A stretch of 64,000 bases of DNA from Pavona decussata (taxonomy: Eukaryota). Shown here piece after piece: positions 47,266 to 60,657 of the stretch. The first letter of the stretch is position 1; every line of letters begins with the position of its first letter. The position numbers and the translations under genes are program-made. The stretch spans positions 248,001 through 312,000 of the forward strand of contig CDRNST010000263.1 of NCBI GenBank assembly GCA_977016875.1. The letters are read 5' to 3'. The notes beneath the pieces were generated by a model, which saw nothing but the letters and a program-made list of their open reading frames with translations, did not search any database and was not told where the DNA came from.

Positions 47266-49257
47266 TCCACTGTCAGCTCTCTATACCGAACTGAAACGCC
47301 TACAGTCATCTTGACTTGGGACATTTATTTCAGCGCCAGTCAATTCTTATTTCTTTTATGCCTGATTTACAAAACACAACACAACATAAGCGAAGGAGAG
47401 TTTGGAATGCAAGATAGCTTTTATTAATTATATAACTACATTTATCTACAGCTTTCAAAATTAGCAGCTGCACATCAAAAGAACTACTTAACAAACTAAG
47501 ACTAAGCGATTGTCTCAGTAAATATCACTAACAACAAAAGCAAAACCTTCCAGGGCAGGTACATAAAACATGTAGGCTTTAAGCAATTTCTTTTTTATTT
47601 TGTCTAATGGTGATGGCAAAAATCGGCAAAGTCATGGGTTGTTTTCGGCTTTATTCATTTGTTCCAAAGAGAAGACTGTGTCGACTGAGGTAGCTGAGTG
47701 CTCAAATCAGGAGCAAGTTGTGATCTTTTAGGATCATAACAATCACTGTTTCCTTTCCGGTGGTTGTAAGAGGTCTATCAGACATGCAGCAACAGACGCT
47801 GAATATAATGGTACTAGTTTTACAAGAGTTACATGCAATGCTAGGTACAATTTGCCAAATAAAGAAGCAACAAGAAGCAGCAGTTGTCGTGCAAAATGTT
47901 GTAAAATTGTCACAGATTTGCTTCGCTTATGCATTTGCTAAGATTTCAAACTCATTTGCCCTTAAAAAACTCGTACAGCATCCTTTAATCAGGTAGCTCG
48001 ATACGTATTTCAAAGTTTCAATTAGATCCTCAGTATAAGTAGCTATTGTGCACTGAGGTAACTGCGTATGAACTCAAAGAATGCGGTTAAAGGAACTCAG
48101 TGAACTATACTTGGAGGCATTCTGTAGTCTATATTAATGCAATACTCCGTGTATTCATAATTTTATTATTATAAATTTATAGCCTTTATACCAGCGTAAA
48201 AGTTTCAAAACAGTCTGGAGCATTTATCGCGTTTATACAATCGCAAATTCTCTCTTAGGACTGCGTTGGCCTCGCTCAGGTAGTTTACAATGGAGACAGC
48301 AAGTTATTCGGCATACTGATGATTCATTATTCGGAATAAAGTTTTTTTGCTAGGACTGAATAAAGGTCTTTCTCTCATTACTCTGTTGTTAATCACCCGG
48401 GTACAAGCAGGTGGTGAAAAGCATCGGCGCTAATATTACCTGTCGGATCCCCTCAAGAAAACGTATAGAAAGGTATCTGTATGTCATCGTTGACAATTGC
48501 GTTCACACGTGACTTTGCGGAAGTGAACTATAGGCGTTTGCTTGCAGCCTATATACGCTATTCCCAGGATTTTTACATTGGCGAATTTTAGATCCTTCCG
48601 GTCTCACTGGCTGTGTTTCATAACGTTCAAACCAGTGTTTGGCTTATTAAATCCCTTGGTTTGTTTTGACGTACTGTAAGCTGTAGTCGTCGTAGCTGCT
48701 AAGGAGATTGTTAAACAGTGTAAATGTAATTCATTTACCCACGAAGCACCAAAGAGCTCTCGGAGCTCGTTCAAAGGTGTCCGTGCGTTCCAGGTCGAAT
48801 TGGAATTTGGAAATGTTGGGTGATGACTTAAACAACAGCTATTTAATTAAGAGAATATGGATTTAATAATAGTAACAGTTAGCCAAAAAATGATAGTCAA
48901 CACCATCGGAAACATTCGGAAGTCTTTCGATATCTTCATGTTCGTAACTATCTGACAATTTTTGTTAATCTGCATCTCTTTCCATTGGGTCTACTAGACA
49001 TATTCAGTGAAAGTCCCTTTTAAAGACCTAAATGACAACCTCCCTACCTTTATCCATGCTTTAACTTCATCGTGAAATCCTTACCCTTTTATACTGACCT
49101 CTAGCCCACCCTGGAAAAGGTACCATTTCTCGGGCGGAGCCTAGAGTACTCCCTATACGGGAACCCCATCTGGACTGGTTTTCAGTTATGTACAGCATGT
49201 AGGCTGATTTTATGTGAACGGAAGTCCTTTACGTCCACCGGTCCGTAAAGGTTCCAG

Positions 49258-49386
49258 TTCAGAGAAGAGCAAAGAATTTGAGACAAAGCCTATTGGCTGC
49301 CTCATGATCAGTTAATAAACAGAACTTGTTTGTCAAAAGTTTCCGAGAAATCCCGGAAGAGTTTACTGACTTCCGAGAAGTCAGTA
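49258..49386. promoter_or_regulatory. GAS (STAT) motif cluster upstream of BTB copy 2
   Basis: TTCAGAGAA 49258, TTCCGAGAA 49341, ATCCCGGAA 49350 (one mismatch), TTCCGAGAA 49371. The last three are positionally homologous to the copy-1 sites. Confidence 0.7.
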
Positions 49387-49448
49387 CAATACACACCCAC
49401 CAGAAGAATGCATCTTTGATCTTCTTGTTTTGTACGTATTAAGAAAAG

Positions 49449-50402
49449 ATGTCTCAAATAATGGCCAAACAAGCTGCAGCCAAAAATCTTATTGACTTCT
49501 CTAGGCCTTGGGAATTCAGCGATGTTGTTCTTCTTGTGGAAGGAAACAGGTTTTATGTCCATCGCAGTATCCTTGGAATATGGTCGCCTGTGTTCTCACG
49601 AATGTTTACTGCAGACTTCAGAGAGAAAACCGCCAGACAAGTCCCTCTTCCAGGGAAGAAAGCAAGCGAGATAAAAGAGCTGCTGCTTGTGATTTATCCA
49701 AGTTCCTCAAAACAGATAGATGAAAACAACTGCTTGTTCCTGCTAGATCTCGCCAGAGAATACATGATGAAGAAACTCACTGAGAAATGTGAGGACTATC
49801 TGATTGACTCCCTTGAAAAGCCCGGACAGCCGCAACCCGACGTTTACTACTCTGGACCTCGACAACTAAATCCCTGGAGACGCTGTTGCCTGAACCTCCT
49901 TGAGATCGCACAGTACTATGGATTGGAGACTCTTGAAACGGCCTGCATCAACAAGGCACAAAGCGTCAGCTTCACTGACCTGAAAAATCACGATATATAC
50001 AAGAAAATCAACCTTACCAACTATCGTAGGATAGTCGAGGGAAAGATTAAAAAGATGGAACAGGAGCTGAGTGCCAGAGAAAGGGATGTGCAAGAGTTAG
50101 AGTCCGCATTCAAGAGGAAAGTAGGAGAGCTAGATGGGGCATCTCAAGAGGTCAAATCTCGTGCTTCAAATGCGGTGAAAAAGTTTGAGAATGTTGTAAC
50201 TATTCTTGAATTTTTTGTTACCAAGTCTCGTCATAGTTCATTCTACTCCTATTATTCCGATTCCACTGATGACAAATTAGAATGCATTAGTGAATCAGGT
50301 GGTTATTTGGAGAGGCTTTATAATCCTCTGTCAGAACTGTACACTGATCTGCAAGCCATTATGCGTCATGCAAATGACATGAATTCGGCAGTACAGCGTT
50401 AA
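49449..50402 (+). CDS. Intronless BTB/POZ-domain protein with coiled coil (copy 2, apparently intact)
   Basis: DFSRPWEFSDVVLLVEGNRFYVHRSILGIWSPVFSRMFTADFREK; paralogous to 46369-47265 throughout. Start may be the ATG at 49461. Confidence 0.92.
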   Translation: MSQIMAKQAAAKNLIDFSRPWEFSDVVLLVEGNRFYVHRSILGIWSPVFSRMFTADFREKTARQVPLPGKKASEIKELLLVIYPSSSKQIDENNCLFLLDLAREYMMKKLTEKCEDYLIDSLEKPGQPQPDVYYSGPRQLNPWRRCCLNLLEIAQYYGLETLETACINKAQSVSFTDLKNHDIYKKINLTNYRRIVEGKIKKMEQELSARERDVQELESAFKRKVGELDGASQEVKSRASNAVKKFENVVTILEFFVTKSRHSSFYSYYSDSTDDKLECISESGGYLERLYNPLSELYTDLQAIMRHANDMNSAVQR

Positions 50403-51914
50403 ACTTTTGTTTCAGTTCTCAAATTGTACTTATTGTCAGTAGTCTGTTTAATTTTAGTTTCCCGAGAATTTTGCAAGCTGACCATGATAATTTAGAATTC
50501 AGAATAATATATCATGTATAGATGACTTGAGTCAATTATAGCTCGATGGTTATCTGACATTTTTACCGAGGAATGACGTCTAAACAATTTTGTGTTTCAT
50601 GTATCTATCTTGAGCATTTTTATCACATTATGAACTTTCATGTGTATTAAATAGTTGCATACGATACTGTAAGACCTTGTTTATATACAACGAACTGAGT
50701 TAAAGTGCTAGAAACAGAAGGACAGGACTCATAAGTTATTAGACTGATTTATTCGGATACACTCAGCAGGTAGCCGGCAGAACAGCGCCCATAGCTTTTC
50801 ATTACAGTTTTTTAAATCGAGTTTTCTTTGTTTATGCCATGACCTTAATGGGTCAGTTATTAAAAGACAGTTAAGACTAAGCCATTTTCAATTTTTCCAA
50901 CAGTCATATTTGAACATTGTCTGCTGCCGACAGAAACAAGAAGGCTTGCATCCCAGACTAGAAAACTATTTATCTACTAAAAAAAAAAACCACTTATATT
51001 AAAAACAGATTTGAAGGCCCACTGATAATCTTAAGCCGCGATCTAAGTTAGACTCTGAGTTTATAACAGTATTGTAATCAGTTGTAAGTAATAAAGTCTA
51101 CCTTTATTAAATACGGGCACTAGAACCCTTACACGATCGATGTACCGTGAATTAGTTTGTGTCACTTTCATGCTTGCTGATCCTTGAGAGCATGACGGAG
51201 TCATGAAAAGCATCCCTTAGAAGCGGTGGGTCTAGGGGAGGGGCCCAGGAGCTTGTTTTTTTTTTTAAACCAAAACCAAAGCCCTCAGAGATATATCACA
51301 AAAATGAGCAAATCGAGCGTTTAAGAGAGGGCCCACATCTTACCTGAAGCTCTCATGACAGATACCGTGTGTTATTTACCGACTGTAGGCTCGTATCTGG
51401 AAAAACTGGGCCCGAGGTGTTGGGTACGGTCGTATTCAAGACAGAGGACATAGCTTTTCCCAATACAGACCGATCTACGCCGGTGAATGACATATTTTTC
51501 CCGCCAAAAAGCAAGGCCCCGGTCTTGCAAAAGATCCGCCTGTATTCGCGGTCAAGACTGAAAAATTCCGCCAACCAGAACTAATCAGACTGGTTGTGTG
51601 CATAGGTTTGGTACAGCTTTAGATAACCTGACAGTTTTTACAATATATTTCAGCTACGCGAGTGTTTTTTTATACTGTACTTCCTCAAGCTTTCTTCTCT
51701 CACAGGCTACTTCAGTTCAGTCCTCGTTTTTCGAAGGGGAACCCCACCCCCCCCCCCCCCCAGCGGGGTTAACACACTTTTCCATATCTCAAATTGACTT
51801 TGGACACTTAATGAGGTTTACACAATGTAGCAGGAGCAATGTAGTATTTATTAGGCAGACAACGGAGTGAAGAGAGCTCCAGGTAAGGCAAGAAACATCA
51901 CTGGGGCTTAGTGA

Positions 51915-52571
51915 GGCCTTTATGGATTGTGCTAGTAAAAGTCGCATATTATGCTACTAGCAGTGCCCGATTTTTTTTCCCAAATAATGATCAAAATTAT
52001 GTTCGTTTTTGAAATTTAAGCTACTTTTCTTACCACAAAACAAATGCAAACTTATCTACTTGTTGTTAAAAAACATGATATTTTCTTCATTTTGAGTTAC
52101 ACACTTGCTCTGATGAACTCAACCAAGAGAGGATGCCTTCATGTTAGTATCACATTTCATATATTCCGATCTTTAGCAATTTGAGCAGGTTCTGGTCTAT
52201 CAGGCGCTGTTCTTCTTCTCGTCACTGTAAGGTGCTCGACGCCATTTTGTTGCCCGTTAAAGCGGGAACTGGGACCGACGAAATCCGGTGTGCTCAGTCC
52301 TCTAGACGACGAATGACAGTATTAATTGCGGTAACCTTCTTCCCCGTCCCCAAGACAAATGAAAATGAACTGAACCATGGACAGAACTTGAAAATAATCA
52401 ATATTAGAGACCAAGTATGTCATGACTCCCGTAATGATACCTTAAAAAAAAAAACTAAAAATATGCCGATTATGATAGCAGTGCTACTTTAAACTTAAAA
52501 AAAGTGCAAAAATTATGCTCGGTTTTACAAATTATGCCAAAAATTATACTAGCACAATCGATAAGGACCTA
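51915..52571. mobile_element. MITE
   Basis: TTATGGATTGTGCTAG and CTAGCACAATCGATAA inverted ends; AAATTATGC subrepeats. Confidence 0.6.
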
Positions 52572-55510
52572 GGTTTAGTACAGATCGACAGTATTTAGGG
52601 TTAAGCAGTGATTCAAAAACGGTTAGTTTTCGTTTATTGTGATGAGCAACTCTTTATAAATATATTAAAAATTACAATCCTCGGCACTTTCGCGGGTTCT
52701 TAAATTAGCGATTTTAAAAAAATTCGCGAACTTAAAGACCCGCGAAAAATAAAGACCGCGAACTTTGATCTCGCGAAATTTAATCGACATAGAAAAATCA
52801 TGTATTTGTGTTTTCAAGGGTCCTGAACAATTTTTAACACAAGGTGTTAGTTCAAGGAGCTATCATCTATCAACTTTAGATATTAATCAGTGTGAAGATT
52901 CGCCTCAAGTTCTTCTTCGCGGCATCTGAGTCATCATCTTTGCACAGTTCCTCCAATACATCCTTTGTACAGTCGTCAAATTGACAATCCTGTACCGGCT
53001 CCTTGTAGTGTCTAGTTACGAGTGTCTTGTATCTTTCCATTATTGCCCTGTTCCTTACGGTATCGTCCATTTCAAATATCACCTCTGTCAACAGGAATTT
53101 CCAGACCTCCCTGAATCAATAGGGATCGACGATAGTTTTCATCAGTAACGATACTCGATAATGACTCGCTCGGAAGAACAAGAAGACTTTTTTCATTACT
53201 GTAAGACTGACTTTTAGAGGAATACAGCTGCCGCTAAGGGACAACATATTGGTTTTGTTTCGCTTGTTGATTAACGTACAATTTTTGTAAAAAAGAAAAA
53301 ATAAAGTAACTTAATCGCCAATTAAGCGGTTTTAAATTCCCTACAAACACAATTTTTCTCCGCGATCGCGAAATCATAGAGACTCGCGAAATGTGCCGAG
53401 AAAATTTTCGCGAAATTTAAGTCCCGCGAAAATAAAGGAGACTAAGCTAGTCTTCATCAGGTGTAGCGGTAATGATTAGACTGAAATGAAGCAAGCGTTT
53501 CGGGTTCGAGGCTTTCACTATTCTGTTCTTTCCCTTCTTTACCTCGATCAGAGTTAATTTTGAAATAAGTCTCACTACATGTTATTTTAAGTGAAGGTCC
53601 AAGATCAGTTTGAATGATCGAAACGAATGCGTACCTGTTTTTTAAAAAGATGCTATACGAGAACGGGGGGAGGGGAGGGCTGGGGATGGTCACGCTTGGA
53701 ATTGACCGAGCCATTATCTTCCGGGTTTTATTCAGCTTCCGCGTATAGACATTCAAAAGACAGGTTGTTTGGGGCTTTTACTGGAAAATAATCATCTTTT
53801 TTGTTGTTGTTTAACTTACTCCGGTTTAGAAATAGCCAAAAATGTATCCCATTTTGCTCCCGATAACGAAAAACGAAAAACGAAAACCTAAAACGAAAAC
53901 GGAAACGAAAAACGTGCGCTTCTCCGTCACAAATCGCAATAGAAAAGACTGAGTTATTTTAAGAAATAAGTTCTTAATTATTTGGTTTTCTAGATTTGAT
54001 ACTGACATCACGTTGGTGTATTGTGTTAAATCTCAAGCCAGGACTTGAACGAATATTTAAAATTATAGTATCCAAAATAGTCCCAAAATTGCACGTCCTC
54101 AGAGAATACGGCCTCATAATAGCATGACTTTGCAGATATCTTGTTTCAAAGCGATAATTAAACATCAATTAGAAATTTTCGGTGGTTTTCAGACGTGCTG
54201 TAGGCAAGACGATCCTGAGAGCAGATCACGTACTTTGCTCATGTAAATGAGTGCGAAACTCCATCAGTCATAATATTTATCTTTGTTTTGAAGACGGCGA
54301 TAAAAAATATTAGCATATTAACATTCACTTCATGGAGCTGAGCCGGAAAGAGTGAACTGAAGTTGGTGAGAACAGACCTTTGTATTTTCCCCTCTCTCCT
54401 TAGTTATAATATAATTACAACTGTGATCATCGCCTCGCCGTTGTAAGCTTCTGTCGAAGGTCTCAGAGTACTGTGTAGAGAATCGAATATACGAAAAACG
54501 TGACCGAGTGTCCGGCCCATAACAACAGGACATACTGACCTTTTAGGCCGATCCGCAAAGTATTTATTAGTGGTTCAGATATCACTGAAATTTGGGATAA
54601 ATTGTTACCTGGCTGTCTGGATTTCCCGTCTCCACTCATCCATGCTGTCGAATCTTTCTTAAAATCGCGGGGAAATTAAACACCGGTTTATTTTAGAATA
54701 ACAAATGGATAAGGGGTTTTGTTTCTGAAGAAACTGTGGTGCTGCGTCGGTGGGGAGTAGAAACAAATGTTTGTTTTTATAAACAGAGTTGATAACTAAA
54801 GGTAAATTGGCCACCGTAAAGAGATTCGGGTGCCGACGATTGCAACGTTAACTAACCCTACGCTGCCGAAGGGTTTATGCTCGAAACGACATCAGCACCC
54901 GAATCCCGTTACAGTGGCCAAATTAATTTCTCCACTCTGTTGATAAAACCAACCATTTATTTTTAAAAATTATTACTTCTGATACAGTCAAGCCGTAACT
55001 AAGCATGGTCACCAATACCGAACAGGTGCACTGCTGGTTTGTCGCGCATTTCGGCTGAGTACGCCATTTTCATCAGTTAAGTTGACCAGTGAAATTCGTT
55101 TTGCTCTTAGATATTTGTAAATGATTATTGGAGTTTAATTAAGTCTTCACTGATTTGGGAGTTGGTCTTACAGCCCAGTGAATTTCTACCATAAATAATC
55201 GATATCAACGACAGAATCAGGAAAAGGCAAGAATCACTGTTCTGTACCTCATCTCCTTAATTAGGAAGGGTGTAAAGAAGAAAGCTTCATCGAAAGCGGG
55301 ATGAAATATTTAATTCTTTAGACCAACGAGATAAGTTTTCACTTTCAAGAGAGCCGAAAACAAAACAAAACAAAACAAAACAAAACGCCCCTTTATAAGA
55401 AAAGCTGGTGTTAAGAAACGCCTCTCCGGGATTTATTCAAGAAAGTACAGGCCGCGTTTTTCACCAGCAAGCGTGATTTCACACGATATTTCAGCGTTTT
55501 TGCTCCATGT

Positions 55511-55906
55511 AAGGCTTGTTCCAAACGTCGCGCTACTGCCGTGCCGAACTTAATTCAAGAATTTAATTCGACTTAAACACGGCAGTAGCACGACGTTTGA
55601 AACCATTTAGTTCGGCAGTCTGAATTAAGTTCGACACGACTATCAGCACGGCAATAACACGGCAGGCCTTATCGTGCCGCACGGCAGTAGCCGGCGACTT
55701 GGTTTCAAACAGCGTGCTATTGCCGTGCCGAACTAAATTCATAAATTATTTTAATGTGTTTTGGGTTAATTTTGTCGTTTTCTATATTTTCTGTATTTTA
55801 GAATTTGGCGCGACTGTATTAAATTCGAGGTTTGAAGTCACTGCCGGGTCAAACTAATTTTAAGTTCGGCACGGCAGTATAGTGCACGACGTTTGGAACA
55901 GGCCTT
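55511..55906. mobile_element. Highly palindromic Harbinger-type MITE
   Basis: AAGGCTTGTTCCAAACGTCG and CGACGTTTGGAACAGGCCTT ends; repeated TGCCGTGCCGAACT motifs in both orientations. Confidence 0.75.
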
Positions 55907-58900
55907 AACACACCCTCTCCCCGACAAAAACAAAGCCCTTCGTTAAATTCGTTTCTCCTTCATTTCCGAGAAACTGTGTCGTTAGTTCATGTAGTAATGT
56001 GGTTCTGTTCTACTCAGTTTTGAGTCAGTCTGTAGGTAATATCAAATACTAAAGTAGTAAGTTCAATCTATCTTTTGAGTCTGTGGATGAAATCCTGAAT
56101 GATCGATTGCGTGTGAACCGAGCAGTACTTTAATTTCCTGTGGTGCCGTTTATTATGTTTCACAAGGTTATTCTATAAGTTTTGAGTCTAAGGATAAAAT
56201 CCTAAAGTTGAAACCTACGGAGCTGCAATTTTCTGCGGTGCTGTTTGGTTCTGGAAATGTTGCAAAAAATAAAAAAATAAATAAATAAATAAAATGGAAT
56301 ATTGTTCTATTATTAAACGGCCGATCAGTATGTCTTAGACGTGATCACGTGACTGGGGATAATCGAGTATGCAACGCACGTACGTCGGTGATTTGAAATA
56401 AATTTGTCTGAACTGCGCGTCTCCCTAATGATGGCTTTTGTTCTAGAAAGTCTTATTAGCATATTAACACACGTCTCCACAAAGCGCTCAAGTACCGGTT
56501 ATGCTTTGAAAGAGAAATCGGAGAGCTAACCGATGTAAGGTAAGAAATTGGTCAATTTTCATCTTTACTGCTAGTTACATCAGTTTGAAAAAAGACACTC
56601 TGCCGGCAGTATCGACTTTATGGATTTATGTAGTCCATCGATATTTAAATACACAAGGTTAATTATAAATATAACGTATAAAGCTCCATTGTTTTTTCTG
56701 ATATATCCAGTCTGCAGTCTGCACTTTATTCAACTTATTTGTTAACGATACTAAAAACCTCGTGCGAGCGTAGTATTTTGCGGACTAAATTGTTTTGGAA
56801 TACGTCCACGCTAGCATGGCTACACTCACTATGCATCGCTCAGTGTAACTGAAATATTCCCATGTCCTACTGAAGAAAATCGATTTTTTTTTTCCGCGAC
56901 TGTACAAATGATTAAGCAGAGTTGTATTTAACAGCAATAATACCAAGGATGGCCTTAACGGTTGTGAAAAAAAGCTGAGGATTAAATCGTGTTTTCTCTG
57001 AGTATAGATAGTATAAAGCTCAACTTCATTATTTTATATCCCGTTCAGACGTGCTCAGCCATCGTCTTTCAATTCTCTTTTAAAGTATCATCAACGCAAG
57101 CTTCTCAGATATATAAATATCGAGTTTAACAGTCGAATATTGCTTTGTTTGTAACAGATTCAGCTGCCTAATGATGATTCTAACAGCGCCTGTTTTTCTT
57201 TTTTAATTTTCCTGCTTCGGATCGAAATGTGAAATCTCCCCACGTAATGTCATACATTGTGTTATAACATCATGAGAATTTAACACTATGAGTCACGCGT
57301 TTCAGTTTATCCAGTGACCTCTGTGCTGGCAATGTATTGATACTGAAATTCGATCGTATGATTTAAAGTTGCAATATAGTATAAATTTTGTATACCAATT
57401 AAAACTACATATTCATTGATATTCTCCTGAAAATTGTCAGCGACGCCTTATTTTTCCTGATTTCCTGACATAATTCTTTTTCAATTTTTACAACTACAGT
57501 CTATGTACACAACACTTGAGCGCTCAGTTGGCAAGAATCGAGAGAGCAACGATGAAGTGCCAATTTGACCACAAGTACGTGGCAGACCCATGAAGTACGT
57601 GTTATTTTTAGCCGGACCTGTAAACAATGCGCTGAAATAAGGAAGTCGGTTTGAAACTTCGGCGGCGCGACAGGAAAGAACTGTTTCGTCAGACATTTGG
57701 AAACCAACTTGAACGTGATTAAATATGAACTACACTTTGGCAGGCATTTTTGCATAATGTGATAATACTTAATCTCTTTTTTCGCTTCTTTTTTTGTACT
57801 CAGACACATTAGAATTTCTTTGGCATGTCGTGGGTATAAACTGACGTTTATTTCCGCTGTTATGATTTGGATGAACAGGTGGTGACTATTCTGAGCCAAA
57901 ACTTCATCGGAGCATGACGCAGAAAACACTTCGCCATGGAACGACCGACAGCGCTATGAAGCCAACGCTGGATCAAAAACGAAACAGTTACTCAAGTAAG
58001 CAATGTTTTTATTATTTGATAATCCTAGCAACTCCTAAACTGATTCAGTCCTTCTTGCATGTTGTGGGGGTGTTCTCCAAGCTCAAAGACGAAACATCCA
58101 ATTTTAATAAGTTATACAATTAGACTTTGGAACACGTTCACAAACATGGCGGTAGGCAGCTCAGTAGAACGTGAAATTGTCTCGATCTGTAGAAAATTTG
58201 AAAAATTGCCGGCACGTTCTATCCGTCGCTAACTTGTCTTTCCTTCAAAAACCAATGGTTAATACTCTTTTTTTTAATATACACTGTATCATAAGTCTCA
58301 AGTACTGAGTAATTCGTAGCCAAACAGCGGAAAAATTACAGAGCCAATGCATTCACTCACCATTTAAAAAGAGTCGAAGAGGGTCATAACACTGAAATGT
58401 TTGAGTGGAAATACAACCGTGATAACCGGCTTTTTCCAATGAACGGACGAAACGTTTTCCATTTCTTTAATGAACTGTTTGCTGTGTTTCCATAGAGTTA
58501 TGGAAACAATTCTGTCAACCATTCAGAGTGCAGGCTTGGCAGCAGGTCGTTTTATAAACAACAAAAAACATCTCTTGATGACACAGGGAAGAGTTTTTAC
58601 ATTACTAGTAAGGCATATGATTTAACCGCTAAGAAAGGAGAATGGGTCTGGTTTGAATTGAACATCGTTTTGAAATACACCGCTTGTTCTGAAATGAGGT
58701 TACTTTCGAGTTAAGGTCGCAGACCACTAAAGAAAATTCTGGGGAGAAAATTTGAATGATCATAAACCAAGTGGATAAATGTGATAAGTGGTTGTGCAGC
58801 ATCGATACCAAATACTCGATATCATGAAAAATAAAAAACGATACACCATATCGGTTGTTTCGATATCGATTTGAATCTACGCTAGTCACGTGACCACTGA

Positions 58901-59063
58901 GAACATCATCGCTTCTGCGTGCATTGCGCGATAGGCATGTGGCTTGTTTTTGTAAACATTTTGTTATCTGCTATCAGTAAAGCGAGAAAGGTGAGGGTTT
59001 GTTTGATGTATATTATAAACAGCTACCAAATCACCCGAATGATCGCAAAATCTCTGCAAAGTC

Positions 59064-60657
59064 CAGGGGCGTAGCCAGGGGAGGGTTCCAGGGGTTCCGG
59101 AACCCCCCCTCTCCTATTTTTACAGCGATTTTATCCCAGCAAGAGTGTAATGGACTCGCGATTCCTGAAATTCTTCGTTTTGTTCTATCCTTACAACTAG
59201 TAATAGTTTTCACTGCTGGCCCCGCTTTTGAAGATCTGTTTAACACCTGTATATGGTTTTTACTGGATATAAATACTGTGCGTACGAATGTTAAAAAAGA
59301 AACGATTGAATATTTATTGAAGTTAACATCCATGTAACTGGTTAGCATATTTCTCTGTAAATTTCACATTGAAATCTATTACAGTCATACAGTTTTGTTT
59401 TGTGAAACAACAACGTATTGTATGTATAATTATGTGATTTGAAAGACTGCTGAAGATGCAGAAGATGGCGAAACGTGACTTCGTGGTTGCAAGACCTTGA
59501 CAGTCACTCTGCTAGAAGATGGAAAAACGCAAACTCGTGGTTGAAATGCAGCTAAATGATGGCGAAATGCGAACTCGAGGTTGCAGGACCTTGAAACACT
59601 GCTAAAAAGACCTCGAAATGCTGCTAGAAGAAGACGAAACGCAAACTCTTGCTCGCAAGCCCGTCAAACGCTGCTCAAAGACCTCGTGGTTGCAGAATGG
59701 CAGCTACCCGACAGCACCTTGCCCGCTTGCTGAAATATTACCCGAGACCACCGTGCGCACCTAATTTGATCAAATCGAGATTTTTTTCGCATTCTAACAA
59801 ATTTACTTACAGTACTTACTTTCTTACATTTTTAAATTCCTTATATGTATAAACGCGGGGAATCCTAGGGTGCCTCCTCGGGTTTTAGTCCAGAAGCGGG
59901 GGCAGTAAGTACAGTGAACGTCATTGTGGTATCTATTTGCGTTTCACTTGCATTTTCGGAGACATGAGCAGAGCTGGGATTACTGTGTAACAAGATGCAC
60001 GTGTGTGCATAGCAGAAATGCCCGCGAAATAAGTAGACGATCCATTGGTGTTGTTCGAGCTGGTGGTTTTCCTACTAATGGTGCTGTCTTGTGAAGCCTC
60101 TTTAATCTTCTTCCTTAGCTGGTAGCCGTCGGAGACAGAAATCCTGACATTGAAGTAGCGCTGGAGTTTTATGAGAACGACCTTCTTTCTCCTCATGTGG
60201 TTGATGTTGAGCTCCTGCGATGGAAGAGAAAGTGGTGCAGCACTGAGGATGCCGACCTTCCCACCAGTGCAGTTCAGACACTCGCAGCATGCGATCGAGA
60301 GTTCTTTCCTAACATCCACACCTGATCCGCATTTTGTGCACGTTGCCGATAACGTCAGCTGAATGTGAGCGCTCATTCAGTACACTAAGAAGGTTAAAAA
60401 CATACCTGAGGTCGACCATGTCAAGCGAGCGAGAGTCTGAGCTGGCGTTGATGAACATCAATTACCACCGCGACATAAATATCGAGGAAGTGATAAACAC
60501 GATCGCTCAACGGCAACCAAGGCGTCTTCTTTTTGCGTAGCGTAAACGCCAAAGTCTTGTACGTACGTAATGTAAGGATTTTAGACCAACCGTTTTCGTT
60601 GGAACCAATTTGGAACCCCCCCCCCCCCCCCTCCTAGAAATCCTGGCTACGCCCCTG
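59064..60657 (+). mobile_element. Internally deleted hAT DNA transposon with C-terminal dimerisation-domain remnant
   Basis: Perfect 16-bp TIRs CAGGGGCGTAGCCAGG (59064) and CCTGGCTACGCCCCTG (ends 60657). ELLRWKRKW...FFPNIHT / ILCTLPITSAECERSFSTLRRLKTYLRSTM...LALMNI at about 60150-60540, with a frameshift near 60322. Confidence 0.9.

Noticed and set aside
53864-53912. Repeated CGAAAA motifs resembling IRF sites
   Set aside because: Low-complexity repeat far from any gene start.
57501-57929. 142-aa minus-strand ORF
   Set aside because: No recognisable domain; part of it is duplicated at the window end with indels.
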